64,000 bases of DNA, from NCBI RefSeq assembly GCF_009914755.1, contig NC_060930.1. One strand, written 5' to 3'. The notes under the pieces were generated by a model that was not told the origin of the DNA, ran no database searches, and saw only the letters and a list, made by a program, of their open reading frames with translations. The stretch comes from the human T2T-CHM13v2.0 reference genome, Homo sapiens. Of the stretch, positions 1 to 14,901 are shown piece by piece. The position numbers and the translations under genes were made by a program. The first letter of the stretch is position 1. Every line of letters starts with the position of its first letter.

Positions 1-1441
1 AAGTTAGTTAGTTCCAAGATACAGTGCAGGTACAGGCATTGAGTAAATGCTCCCATTCCAAAAGGGAGAAATTGGCCAAAACAAAGGGGCTATAGGCCTC
101 TTGCAAGCAAAACCCAGGAAGGCAGTCATTTAATCTCCAAGCTCCAAAATACTCTCCTTTGACTCCATGTCTCACATCCAAGGCACACTGATGCAAGGGG
201 TGGGCTCCCAAGGCCTTGGGCAGCTCTGCCTCTGTGGCTTTGCAGGGTACAACCCCCAAAGCTACTTTCATGGGCTGGGATTGAGTGCCTGCAGCTTTTT
301 CAGGCGAACAGTGCATGCTGTCAGTGGATCTATCATCCTGGGGTCTGGAAGATGGTGGCTCTCTTCTCACAGCTCCATTAGGCAGTGCCCCAGTGGGAAC
401 TTGGTGGGAGCTCCAACCCCACATTTCACCTTCACACTGCCCTTGTAGAGGTTCTTCATGAGGGATCCAGTCCTGCAGCAGACTTCTGCCTGGACATCCA
501 GGTGTTTCCATACATCCTCTGAAATCTAGGCAGAGGCTCCCAAGTCTCAACTCTTGCCCTTTGCATACCCACAGGCCCAACACCATAGGGAAGCCATCAA
601 GACTTGGGGCTTACACCCTCTGAAGCAATGACCTGAGCTGTACTGTGGCCCCTTTTAGCCATGGCTGAAACGGGAGCAGCTGGGATGCAGGGCACCATGT
701 CCCAAGGCTGCACAGAGCAGTAAGGCCCTGGACCTGGCCCACGAAACCATTTCTCCCTCCTAGGCCTCTGGGCCTGTAATAGGAAGGGCTGCTATGAAGG
801 TCTCTGAAATGTCTTAGAGGGATTTTCCCCATTGTCTTGGCTATTAATATTTGGCTCCTTTTTACTTATGTAAATTTCTGCAGCTGGCTTGAATTACTTC
901 CCAGAAAATAGGTTTTTCTTTTCTACTACATGGCAGGTTGAAAAATTTCCAAGCTTTTATACTCTGCTTTCCTTTTAAATATAAGTTCCAATATCAAACC
1001 ACCTCTTCGGAAATGCATATGAGCATATGCTGTTAGAAGCAGCCAGGTCACTTCTTGAATGCTTTGCTGCTTTGAAATTTCTTCCACCAGATACTCTAAA
1101 TAATCTCTCTCAAGTTCAAAGTTTCACAGATCCCTAGAGCAGGGGCACAATGCCACCAGTCTCTTTGCTGAAGCATAGCAAGAATGACCTTTACTCCAGT
1201 TCCCAATAAGTTCCTCATCTCCCTCTAAGACCTCCTTGGCCTGGACTTCATTGTCCATATCTCACTATCAGTATTTTGGTCAAAGCCATTCAACAAGTCT
1301 CTAGGAAGTTCCAAACTTTCCCTTATCTTCTTGTCTTCTTCTGAGCCTTCCAAACTGTTCCAACCTCTGCCCATCCAAAGCTGCTTCCACATTTTCAGGT
1401 ATCTTTTGTAGCAATGCCCCACTTCTCTGATACCAATTTCC
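1..1441 (-). mobile_element. MaLR internal sequence (MSTA-int/THE1-int-like), continues beyond the window
   Basis: On the minus strand it begins GAAATTGGTATCAGAGAAGTGGGGCATTGC directly after the LTR, typical of MST/THE1 internal sequence. Confidence 0.85.
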
Positions 1442-1837
1442 TATATTAGTCCATTCTCACACTGCTATAAAGAACTATCTGAGACTGGGTAATCTATGAA
1501 GAAAAGAGGTTTAATTGACTCACAATTCTGCAGGCTGTACAGGAGGCATGGCTGGGGAGGCCTCAGAAAACTTACAATCATGGCAGAAGGTGAAGGGGAA
1601 GCCAGCACATCTTCATATGATGGCAGGTAAGAAAGAATGAAAGGGGAGGTGCTACACACTTTTAAAAGAAGCAGATCTCATGAGAATTCCATCATGAGAT
1701 AGCAGTGGAGAGATGGTGCTAAACCATTAGAAACCACCCCCATGATCCAATCACCTCCCTCCAGGCCCCACTTCCAACACTCAGGGTCACAATCCAACAT
1801 GAGATTTGGGTGGGGACACAAGAGCCAAACCACATCA
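1442..1837 (-). mobile_element. MSTA-like LTR (5' LTR, ERVL-MaLR)
   Basis: Minus strand starts TGATGTGGTTTGGCTCTTGTGTCCCCACCCAAATCTC and ends GAGAATGGACTAATATA. Confidence 0.85.
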
Positions 1838-1892
1838 AGTAGTAAGTAAATACGGCAAAGTATATGAAATTAAAAATACAAAAATCAATTCT

Positions 1893-2190
<298 letters not shown>

Positions 2191-2491
2191 AATTCTATTC
2201 TTATATTTTAGCAGCAAACCACTGGAAAATGAATTGAAAAGCAATTTCATTTATAATAGGTTCAAAAATAAAATATTTAGTAGTACATTTAAGAACAGAT
2301 GTACACAGGTGTATATCTACATTTAGATGTACACCTGTTACACGTAACAGATGTACACATCAGCATAGTGTATTATTAAACTTTTAGATTTTTGCTTATC
2401 TCATGGGAGAAATAGTGTCTTCGTGTAGTTTAGTTTTTTTAAAAAAATGAGTGAACTTGTGTATCTTTTCAAAAGTTAAAGAGCCATTTGC

Positions 2492-2637
2492 TTTTTTTTT
2501 TTTTTAAACATATTTTAAAATAGAGAGTGGGTCTCACTATGTTGCTCAGGCTGGTCTCTTAGCTTCTGGGCTCAAGCTGTCTGCCCACCTCAGCCTTCTA
2601 AAGTGCTGGGATGACAGGCATGAGCCACCATGCCCAG
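2492..2637 (-). mobile_element. FLAM/Alu monomer
   Basis: Single left-arm-like monomer with a T tract. Confidence 0.8.
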
Positions 2638-2756
2638 TTCCATTTGCTTTTCTTTTTCTGTGTATTGGCTGTTCGTATCCCTTGCACATTTCTTATTGAG
2701 TTTTGTTCTTTCCCTTATCTTTTTACAGGAACTTTATATGTTATAGAAGTTAGCCC

Positions 2757-3097
2757 CAAGAATGAAATCGTGTCCTTTGCCAAAACATGGATGGAGCTAG
2801 AGGCCTTTATCCTAAGTGAGTTAACGCAGGAACAGAAAGCCAAATAGTGCATGTTCTCACTGATAAGTGGGAGCTAAACTATGGGTTCACAAAGGCATGC
2901 AGAGTGGTACTGTGGACATTGGAGACTCAGAATGGGGGAGGCTAGGAGGGAGGTAAGGGATGAAAAAGTACCTGTTGGGTACAATGTACACTACTTGGGT
3001 GACGATGGGTCCACTAAAATCCCAGATTTAACCACTGTACAATTCATCCATGTAACCAAAACCCACCTGTACCCCAATGCTATGAAAATAAATAAAA
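2757..3097 (+). mobile_element. L1 3' end fragment (L1PB/L1MA-like)
   Basis: aatgaaatcgtgtcctttgc...catggatggagctagagg...ttctcactgataagtgggagctaa...aaaataaataaaa. Confidence 0.85.
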
Positions 3098-4469
3098 CCA
3101 AATTAGCTCTGTTTCTGTTAGATGAGATGCAAATATTTTCCCAAGTTTGTCCTTTGTCTTTTGACTTTGTTTATGGTGTTTCACTCATGCAGATGTTTTT
3201 TATTTTCATGTTTTTAACTTGTCGTTATTTTCTTTCATGTCTTCTGGATTTTAAGTCATGTTATCAAGGCTTTCCCACTCTGATATTATAAATGAATTTT
3301 TCCTCATTTCTCTTAGAACTTTGATTCTTTCACTTCCCACATTTAACCTTCCACGTATCCAGAATTTCCCCTAGCATAAGTTGATACGGTCCCAATGTTT
3401 CTTTTTTTTTTTCCCAAATGGCCACTCATTTATACCAACACCATTTATTGAATCGTCTATAGTCCCCACTGATTTGAAATGCCAGCTTTACATACCAAAG
3501 TCCTGTATGCATTTGCCTCTGTTCTGTTTGGTAGGTCTATTCAAGCTCCAGTTCCCAAAAGTGTTGAGTGTCGCTTAAAATCTAGAAGGGCTGGTTTCTA
3601 GTTTTCCATAATTGCTCCTCTTTTCTAGTGTCCTCTGTCCTATTAGGGCTTATTGATTTTTAAATATGATTTGTGGATTCAGTTTTCTTTAGTTCTAGTG
3701 AGCAACAAAAACAACCAAGAAAAAAATAAAAAAAACCCTCCCTGTTTTCCTTTCTTTCTTTCTTTTTTTAATCAAGATCACCTTAAGTTTAAAAATTAAC
3801 GTAGGATAACTTGACATATTTTATGATTTTTATGTTACTCTCCAAAAATATAATAAGTGGTTCTATTTATTCAACTCTACTCCTTTGTCCTGCAGGAACA
3901 TTTTGTTTCCTTATCAAGTCTGATATTGTCTTTTGGTCTGAGATAGACATATTTAAAAAAATTGTGTTCATTGATTTCTATCTTATTAAAGACTGGTTTT
4001 GCTAACTTTGTTCCTATCTATTTTTTGTGAACGTACATGGGGCCTTTTCTTTTGCTATATTTTCTAGCTATTAGTATGTACAGAGGCTTTTGATTTCTGT
4101 GTATTTATTTTATACCTTGCTTGCTCAGTGTGTTTTATTTCTAGTAATTTTTGTTATTAGTTGATTCTCATGAATTTTCCAGATATCCAATTATATAATT
4201 TGCAAATAGTCATAGCCTTACCTCCTCTCCTACAATTTTTGTTTCTCTGATTTCTTTCTCTTGTCTGGTTGCTTTAGATAGTACCTCCAGAGTGTGTTAG
4301 ATAATAAAGGGAAATAATGCCAATCAGACTTTTTTCTGACTTCAAGGGAGTTTCTAGTGTTTCCTTATTAAGTCTGATATTGCCTTTTGGTCTGAAATAG
4401 ACATATTTTTTTAAAAATTGTGTTCATTCATTTCTATTTTATTACATATATTTTTAAAAAACCTCAAAA

Positions 4470-4610
4470 GGCCTGGTGCAGTGGCTCACACCTGCAATCT
4501 CAGCACTTTGGGAGGCTGAGATGGGAGGATTGCTTGAGGCCCGGAGTTCAAGACCAGCCTGATCAACATAGTGGGACCCTATCTGTATTATTTTTAAAAA
4601 CATAATAAAT
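4470..4610 (+). mobile_element. FLAM-like Alu monomer with TSD aaaaacctca
   Basis: Monomer sequence flanked by the direct repeat aaaaacctca. Confidence 0.8.
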
Positions 4611-6524
4611 AAAAACCTCATAATGGAGATTAAATTTTGATAGGGCTTGTCTTACTATCTATGGATCTAATCATGTTACTTTCCCTCTAACTTATTAATA
4701 TGATATATCATATTAATAATTCCTACATCAAGTCATATTTGCATTTTGGAATAAATGTCACTTGGTCATCATATATTCTATTAGATAATATTTTATAATT
4801 TTTACATCAATATTTGTAAGACTGATCTGTAATTTTCCTTTTTGTGTATGTGAAATTGTTACTGGGTTTTGGTAGCAGTTATAGTTGCTTTATCAAGATA
4901 ATTTAAAAGTTTTTTTTTTCTTTTTCATAGTCTAGGTAGTTTAAATAGCACTGGAATGATCTGTTTTTTAAAGATTTGGAAGAAATCCTGTGAAACCAAC
5001 TGGACTTAGGGAATTAGGGAGAGTGGTTGGCTAGTTTCTTTGTTTCATCTATGAAATAAATCTGCTTAAGATTTTTCTGTTTTTTGTAATCAGGTTGGTA
5101 AATTATGTCTTCCTAGAAAAATGATAATCTCATTCATATTTCAAATATAGTTGCATAGCGTATTCAAATATATTAATACAATATATAATATAATATATAT
5201 TAATATAATGTATATTATGTATTATAATATATAGTACTTCAAATATATTTGCATAGAATATTCAAATATATTTGCAAAGTAGTCTTTTGATTCTTCTAAT
5301 TTTCTGTAGTTATTGTCCCATTAGCATTTCTCATGTTGTATGTTTTTAATTTCTCCCTTTTCCTTGCTTAGATTAAGCAGAAGTTTGTTTTATTTATTTT
5401 TTCAGAGAGCCAGCTTTGGTTGTATTTATCAGTTTTATTCTTTTTCTGTTTTCTAAATTATTAATTTCAACTTTATTTTTATTATTTCCTTTTCTAGCTC
5501 CATAAGTGGTATGCTGAATTCATTCATTTTTACTTTTGTTTATTAATATAATCATATGAGGATGTAAATTTTCATCTGAACGCCACTGTAGCTATATCTC
5601 AGATTCTTGGTGTTAATATATATAATTAGCTGTTGTCATAATTATGATTTATGGTAGAAAGCCACTAGAGAGTTAAGAAAATAAGTGAATTTGCTTACTT
5701 AGGATGGGCCTAAATTAAGAAGGGCCTTGAATGATAGATGGTAGGCAGAGGACTTTAGACTCAATAAAAATAGTGTTAAGAAGACATTGAAAATCCTTGG
5801 TTAGGAAACTAACAAGATACGTGTTGTTTGGAAAGATGAACAGCCCGTATATCAGCAGTTACCTTATCTACTGCTTTGTGTTTTTCAAAACAAATTTTGG
5901 ATAAGAAATGCCCTTTTCAGCAAAGATGGAAAAATAACATCTAACTATTTACTTCTCAAAGATATTGCCAAATCCTGTAAGTGAATATCCAGCTGGAACC
6001 TTCCACAATTGTTTTGAATGTTGTACTTGCACTTGTTTGAAATCTTTAAGTTTCCTTTAAATGTGAAGTATATCCTAAAGTAATGAGACCATGAAGCAGC
6101 CATTCATTTCTACTATGTATTTTGTGTTATTATCACTCACTTGGAACTTACCTTTGCTGTCAAAGGTGTCTTATTTCTCTACTAGATTGTAAATTCCTTA
6201 TACAAATGCAATATTTTTATATTGTAGGAGGCCAATATTTGTTACTAATTTATTTTGCTTAAAACTACTGTTGTATAATTGTAAAATTCTCACAGTGAGC
6301 ATACAAATAATTGAAATACTCTTGAGACTGTTATCTACCTTATCTTTTTATTATTCCTAATCATATGGAACATTTTCAATGGTCTCATATTAAGTAGATA
6401 GTCTACTTTATCCTGCCTTTTTAATCATTGAGCAACTAAATTTGGATTTGTTTCGTTGTACCTACGATCTCTTTTATTTGACTTTTGTGTCAAGGCCTTG
6501 CAGTATCCATCTCCTAATTTCTTA

Positions 6525-6967
<443 letters not shown>

Positions 6968-7069
6968 TTATTGAGCAGAAAGTTCCTGCTTGGGATCTGG
7001 AGGGAAAGGTTGGGGGAAGAGGATCATGTTCCCAGAAAGGATGGTAGACTAGAAAGTTGAAGTTGTGCA

Positions 7070-7216
7070 CAAGACTGGCTACATAATTTGCGGGGCCCAG
7101 TGCAAAGTGGAAATGCAAGGCTCCTGTTCTCAATTATTAATACTCTAAAAATGCCAATAGCAGAGAATTACCCTAGCATTGGGTCCACAGGTCATAGCCC
7201 CATGCAACTGGCTCTG
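7070..7216 (-). mobile_element. MER45A-like hAT DNA transposon
   Basis: ctggctacataatttgcggggcccagtgcaaa... resembles the MER45A terminus as recalled. Confidence 0.65.
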
Positions 7217-8630
7217 AGTATGAAGGAACCCGGGGCCGGAGGAGGCCATGAGCCTTCATCCCAGCCCTGGGCTGCCAGTCTGTTCTTTTCATAGAGCGCA
7301 CAAACCTCCTTCTTGGTTAAGCGTCTGTTGTCTGGGTTTTCTGTTACATGCGTTCCGTAACTGATGCAAGTTATCATTACCCTCATCTGATAGATGGAGA
7401 AACCGGAGCTCAGACAGGTTTAGTGCCCTGTGCATGGGAGCAGATTTCGGGGTATTCACAGACTCAGGTTCTGTGAATTTGGGTCGTATATTCATTCTGT
7501 GTCAACACGTTGTCTTTCTTTTTCCACGGAGATGTTAACATTCTGCATTTCCTATTTCTGGCCAGATTTTGCATTCTGCAAGTTTGCTTGTTTCACAATG
7601 CCCCCCTCTTTGTAGCCTGTAGTAGGAGGAAGAACTTCATCCCATTTGTTTTTCCTCATTTACATTTAATTTTTACTCTGGAGTGAACATAATGCAGAAG
7701 TTCAGTCCACATTTAAAATATTGCTAAAAAGTGATTCACTTCCAATTCTAGCAAAACGTTTATACCTCTGATTCCTCAGTAATTCTCTTTTTGCAGAGGA
7801 AGAGTTAAGATTACATAATTTAATTAAAAAAGAAACTGGAAACATGTAAGATCGCATCCGATGTGAGTTTCTGTCTGACCTTTCAAGAGAGAAGCATGTA
7901 TTGGCGATTTTTCCAGTGAGATCATAATCAGAAGAATTTATCTATCAATGTATACTTTTAATTTAGGATAAACCTAAGGATAAACAGTGTTTGTAGCTCT
8001 TTGCACATTCTATCTATGGCCATAGGATGTGCTATGGCCATTAACTGTCATTTGTTTTGTTAGCGCTAAAAACCATAGCTGCGACTTCAACTTCCTAGGG
8101 ACCCCAGTGTAACACAGGTGTTGTATTTGTTGCGTTCAAGTTCTGGTGCAATCTTAGTTTTGCTAAGCTCCTGCAAAAGCACCTAACACAAGTCAACATT
8201 TCTGAAACAAGTTTTAATTTCTTTCAGTCCTCAGTAGTGCTGGTGTGTGGGTTGGGGGCATGGTGCACAGTGTGTCAGCACAGATAATCCGTGTATCATG
8301 GGTCATCCACCTCTCCCCCTCTTTACCGGAGGAGAGAGCATCTCCCAGGGAATCAGACCTGAATTTAAGTTTAAGCTCCTAATTAGGCTTCCAACCCGGT
8401 TTTACTATACACTTTGCATCAGGTACATCTGTGATTGTCCCATTTGTCATTAGTGTGGGCCCTTAGGAAGTCAATAGAGGACAGAACTCTGGTGTTCCTG
8501 GATCCTTGACTAAAGCATCATTTTATTGTCATCTAAATCTCACTAGAAGCCCTAGCTCTCTGGTTATGGTGAAATATTCAAATTATTGGCATATTCAAGG
8601 TATCATTAAGTAGTATTTTGAAAAACTTGG

Positions 8631-9035
8631 TGTTATGGGTTGAATTGTGTCTTGCCCTATCCAAATTCATATGTTGAAGTCCTAATCCCCAACATCTCAG
8701 AATGTGACTATATTTGGAGAGAGGGTCTTTACAGAGGTAAAATGAGGTCATTAGGTTGTGTCCTAATCCAGTATAACTGGTGTCCTTAGAAGAAGGGGAA
8801 ATTTGGAGACAGACTCACGTAGAGGGAAGATAATGTGAAGAGACACAGGGAGGAGGCCATCTGTGCTAAGGAGAGAGCCCTGGAACCTATTCTCCCTCAC
8901 AGCCCCAGAAGGAACCAACCCTGCTGAAACCTTGACCTTAGACCTCCGGATTTCAGAACTGTGAAACATACATTTCTGTGGTCTGAGCCGCCTGATCTAT
9001 GGTACTTTTTACAGCAGCTCTCAAAAACTAATATA
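8631..9035 (+). mobile_element. MLT1B-like LTR
   Basis: tgttatgggttgaattgtgtc...gaaggaaccaaccctgctga...aaactaata. Confidence 0.8.
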
Positions 9036-9270
9036 CTTGGGAGCCAGGTTGGGAAAACCTGTTTGAAAGGCAGATGGACTCCATAGATAGGAGTGGGGCT
9101 ACCACACTGTGCAATATTTGAAATAGTCAACTGTTGCTGTCTGCACTGTTCAAAGACTAACAATGACATTTGCTTGGGCAGGGAGCTCCTAAACGTTCGT
9201 CAGCAAAATGTGCTATTCATTTGTGTAGAGGACTTCCAGTTTCATTCCACTTTTTTAAAATAAGGAAATT

Positions 9271-9320
9271 TGGGTAGGGTTTTCGTGACCTGAGTCGGGT
9301 TTTCGTGACCTGAGTAGGGT
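9271..9320. repeat. 20-bp tandem duplication (gggttttcgtgacctgagt[c/a])
   Basis: Units 9277-9296 and 9297-9316 differ at one base. Confidence 0.9.
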
Positions 9321-9574
9321 CACACGGAGATCAGGTGAATGGTAAAGTGGGAATACATTTGTAACTTCCTGGTTTGTAGTCTTAGTGGTCTATTGATGGG
9401 AATCCTCTGATTCTCAATAAGAAGTGGCTATTATTAGAGGCAGAGGATTTTTTTTTTCGGTACTGAAATACTTAGCACAGTGCCTGGCACGTGGTAGATG
9501 CTAAAATTGTAACTATTGCTATTAGTGACCAACTCTGGAAAAGGACTGCTTTTCTTAAGTTAGCAGTCAGGTAA

Positions 9575-9940
<366 letters not shown>

Positions 9941-10091
9941 ATCAATAAAGTATTTTTAATATTAGGTCTGAGTATGCTGCCTTGAGCAGTCTATTTTACA
10001 ACATTATTAACTTTGCCCATTATTGATAAATCATCTCCGAAAAGACTCAACACAAAATATTTCTATAACAAATCAGAAGCATGCATGATAT

Positions 10092-10097
10092 TTTATT
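10092..10097 (-). terminator. Distal poly(A) signal AATAAA
   Basis: Plus-strand tttatt; GU/U-rich sequence downstream on the minus strand (~10048-10072). Confidence 0.6.
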
Positions 10098-10609
10098 TTA
10101 AAAAGATAAAATAAGGAAAATTGAAGTCCAGCATCTCTAAGATACTGGATAAATATCTTAATAATCGAACAGTAAAGCTCTAATACAGTACAAACATTTT
10201 ACCATTATGTTTGCCAATAATTAAGCAAACTGAGCATCATAAGAATGAGGTGAGATGTAAAATTACTGGAAAGTTTAATTCACTAGAAATGAGAAATTTT
10301 ACATTTGTTATATTATCCTGTATTTGTGTACTACATTTTTCTGGCAGAATGACTCCTTGCTGAAAAAAAATGGCTTAAAGTAGGTGCTTTTTTAATGGTT
10401 TTGCAAATTCTGGAGAACAGGGACTGCTTCTTCCTAAACAAGATCCCCGGTCTTGCTATTAGTCTAGAATAGTGAATATATATTTAATAAATGCTTGTTG
10501 AGTGAACCAATATGTGAATGATTTTCTTAGTGGATTTCTATTAATTGAGGGAAAGGAGTTAACATGTCAATAAAAAAAGAACATTTTTACTTTCAAATAA
10601 GGAAGGCAA

Positions 10610-10615
10610 TTTATT
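10610..10615 (-). terminator. Proximal poly(A) signal AATAAA
   Basis: UGUA upstream (10626-10629) and a U-rich element downstream (~10568-10582). Confidence 0.75.
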
Positions 10616-11418
10616 GTAGTGAAATTACATTGAAGTTTTATATATGACCCCCAATGCATATAAAATCATTTACCTCCACATTATAGGATAGGATATCATG
10701 AACTACAAAGATACTCAAAGTGCTATAGATGAGTTAATATTGATGTAATACATTTTCATTAATCTACCCACATTTAATTGGATGATTGAAAGGACACGTT
10801 GAAGTGTTTTTCATGATTTTTGCTACGGCCCCAGCTTTTACTGGAGTTTTTAATGCCTTTGATGACTCCAGACACTCAACTCTGTTCCTTGCAGTCTGTT
10901 TCTTTCTTCTATGGTGGTGATTAGTTATTGCAAGACTGCTTATATAGAGTAATATATAGTTTACTCTGGTATGGAGTAAACTTATACCAGAGATTTAAAC
11001 ATTTCTCCCTAAATGGAGTTTGTGGAAGATGTGAAAATTGGCATGACATTTGAGGCCACATTAAAAAAGCGAAGATAATTTTTAAACACTAACCAAGAGA
11101 AAAGTGCCCCAGGAAGCAAGGAACAGCAGTGTACTTCACTGCAAGTTCAAAACGTGTGCAGGGATTATTAGACATCCTTTGCACCTAACACCTTATCTAT
11201 AATACATTTGATACATTTTTACATATTGCACAAATCCAGGTACACAGAGACTATCTGATGCGCCATGGCCATGGTGTAGCTATCCTCACTGAGGAGGGCT
11301 TTCCACAACTTTCTCAAGGAGCTTATTCAAGACCTTTTAAAAACAATCTACAGGCAGTTCTTTACAAGTCTCATATTTACAGATAGCACAAGCTATGGCA
11401 TGGCGTATGGCCTCCCTC

Positions 11419-13080
<1,662 letters not shown>

Positions 13081-13705
13081 ATTTAGGTTCTTTTAGAAAT
13101 GAACTTTGCTACAGTTCGCCCTGCTCATACCAATCAGGGCACTAGGTGATTTATTAGCAGAACTACTTAGGGGCTTGATATGACAAGAAATGTACCACAT
13201 GAAAAGTTTATTTCTTTCTGAATTTATTTTGAGATCAGAAGAAAAATAGGGAAAGGAAATGAGTAAAGGAGGGAGGAAGGAGAGAAAGAGAGGAGAGAAT
13301 AAGAAAAGAGAGAACAGCATTTCACTGAAAATGTATTGACCTTAATTTTTAAAACTGCTCCTTTTACTGGACCCATTTTCATTGTGATGGAGTCATATCC
13401 CATGAAGTGGAAACAAAAGTTTCTCACTCCAACTCCAGAGCTAAAGGTAGCTTAGTGAAATCAGCAGTGATTTGCGATGTACACTGGGAAGGGGGAAAGA
13501 CTATCTGTGGTCTGAGGAGGCGCTGCAGGAAAAGCCCGGAGCAGGGTTTTCATGTTTAATGACTTCCTAATGGACTGGAGTCTAGTCTGACTCGGTGATT
13601 TGTGAAGGTAACTTCTGCCTCAAATATCAGAGATGCTTTACATGACTGGCAGACTGGCATGAACTTTTCCCTACAATCGTAATCAAATGATAGCACATTC
13701 CATAC

Positions 13706-13820
13706 CTGAACTGTCAGTGTGCTCCAGGGAGTCATCAGAAGTGATACTGGAATGCACTGGAATGTTCTCCCCAAATATTTCAAAGCAGTTATCAATGAGG
13801 AATTCCACCAGTGTCTTCAC
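13706..13820 (-). CDS. TAGAP: TAGAP exon 9 (VKTLVEFLIDNCFEIF...HTDSS)
   Basis: Acceptor cttttcctcacAG|GTG; donor CAG|GTATGG; 115 nt. Confidence 0.95.
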
Positions 13821-13857
13821 CTGTGAGGAAAAGTAAGCAATTTGTCAGCTTGAAGAC

Positions 13858-13880
13858 TTTTTTTTTTTTTTTTTTTTTTT
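13858..13880. repeat. Poly(T)23 (poly(A) in the TAGAP pre-mRNA, intron 8)
   Basis: Counted directly. Confidence 0.95.
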
Positions 13881-13933
13881 GGAGGTGAGGAAGAATGGGG
13901 ACACTGGAGTCAGGTGCCAAAATGAGAATCTGA

Positions 13934-14276
<343 letters not shown>

Positions 14277-14705
14277 AACAATCACATACATTAAAGTTAG
14301 ATACTCCTTGGTGTTTTGAGACATGCATTTTAAATTTAAGAACTTAAAAAAATTTAAAGTATTAATAAAATTTTCATTTAAGTAAGTAGTGTCCCAGATT
14401 GATAGACTGATAGACTGTGGTGTACAAAACACAAAAACAAAAGGGCTTTTTTATATCGGGAGAGAGTGATGTAAATACTCGCAGCACTCATCTGTCTCAC
14501 AGATGACAGAAGACACGGATTTATTCAGTTTCATTAGATACATGTATCTGAGAGAGTGGAACTATGACAAAAGCATTTTGCATTTTATATTTTCACTGTG
14601 ATTCTGAGTCAGTTGGAGACATTCTGAAGCATTTTATTGCCTGGACTTGGCAAACAGATGGTGAGATCATAAGTTGGGGATTTCTCATCAGTAAGCAGAA
14701 CAAAC

Positions 14706-14901
14706 CTTGTTGTTCAGGTCCTTCTGGGCTTCAAATGACAGGCTCTGGTCATTCTCCAGGGTGAGCATGTTGGGTCCAATGCAGATGGCCAGATTGCTGG
14801 AGTCCATCCTGTTCACCTCAGAGTTCTTGCTGATGAGGTGCAGCACATAGACCAAGTGCTTGAGTAGCAGGAGGTTGGGCCGGGGGAGCTTATCTGCAAC
14901 C
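14706..14901 (-). CDS. TAGAP: TAGAP exon 8 (VADKLPRPN...NRMDSSNLAICIGPNML...LNNK)
   Basis: Acceptor ctttattccAG|GGT; weak donor AAG|GTTTGT; 196 nt; RhoGAP N-x-M-x3-N-L-A-I-x2-G-P signature. Confidence 0.96.

Larger units (their letters stand above)
2360..5620 (-). mobile_element. Old L1M fragments interrupted by younger insertions
   Basis: T-rich degenerate antisense L1-like sequence (e.g. caacaccatttattgaat, cacttggtcat); boundaries approximate. Confidence 0.55.
10070..11418 (-). other. TAGAP: TAGAP 3' UTR (tandem poly(A) sites)
   Basis: Follows the stop codon; AT-rich; AATAAA at 10610-10615 and 10092-10097 on the minus strand. Confidence 0.75.

Noticed and set aside
8-586. 192-aa minus-strand ORF
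   Set aside because: Lies within MaLR internal sequence; a degenerate retroelement frame, not a host gene.
5140-5278. AT-rich quasi-repeat (ttcaaatatatttgcatag units with TA-rich filler)
   Set aside because: Slippage-derived low complexity inside old L1; no sign of function.
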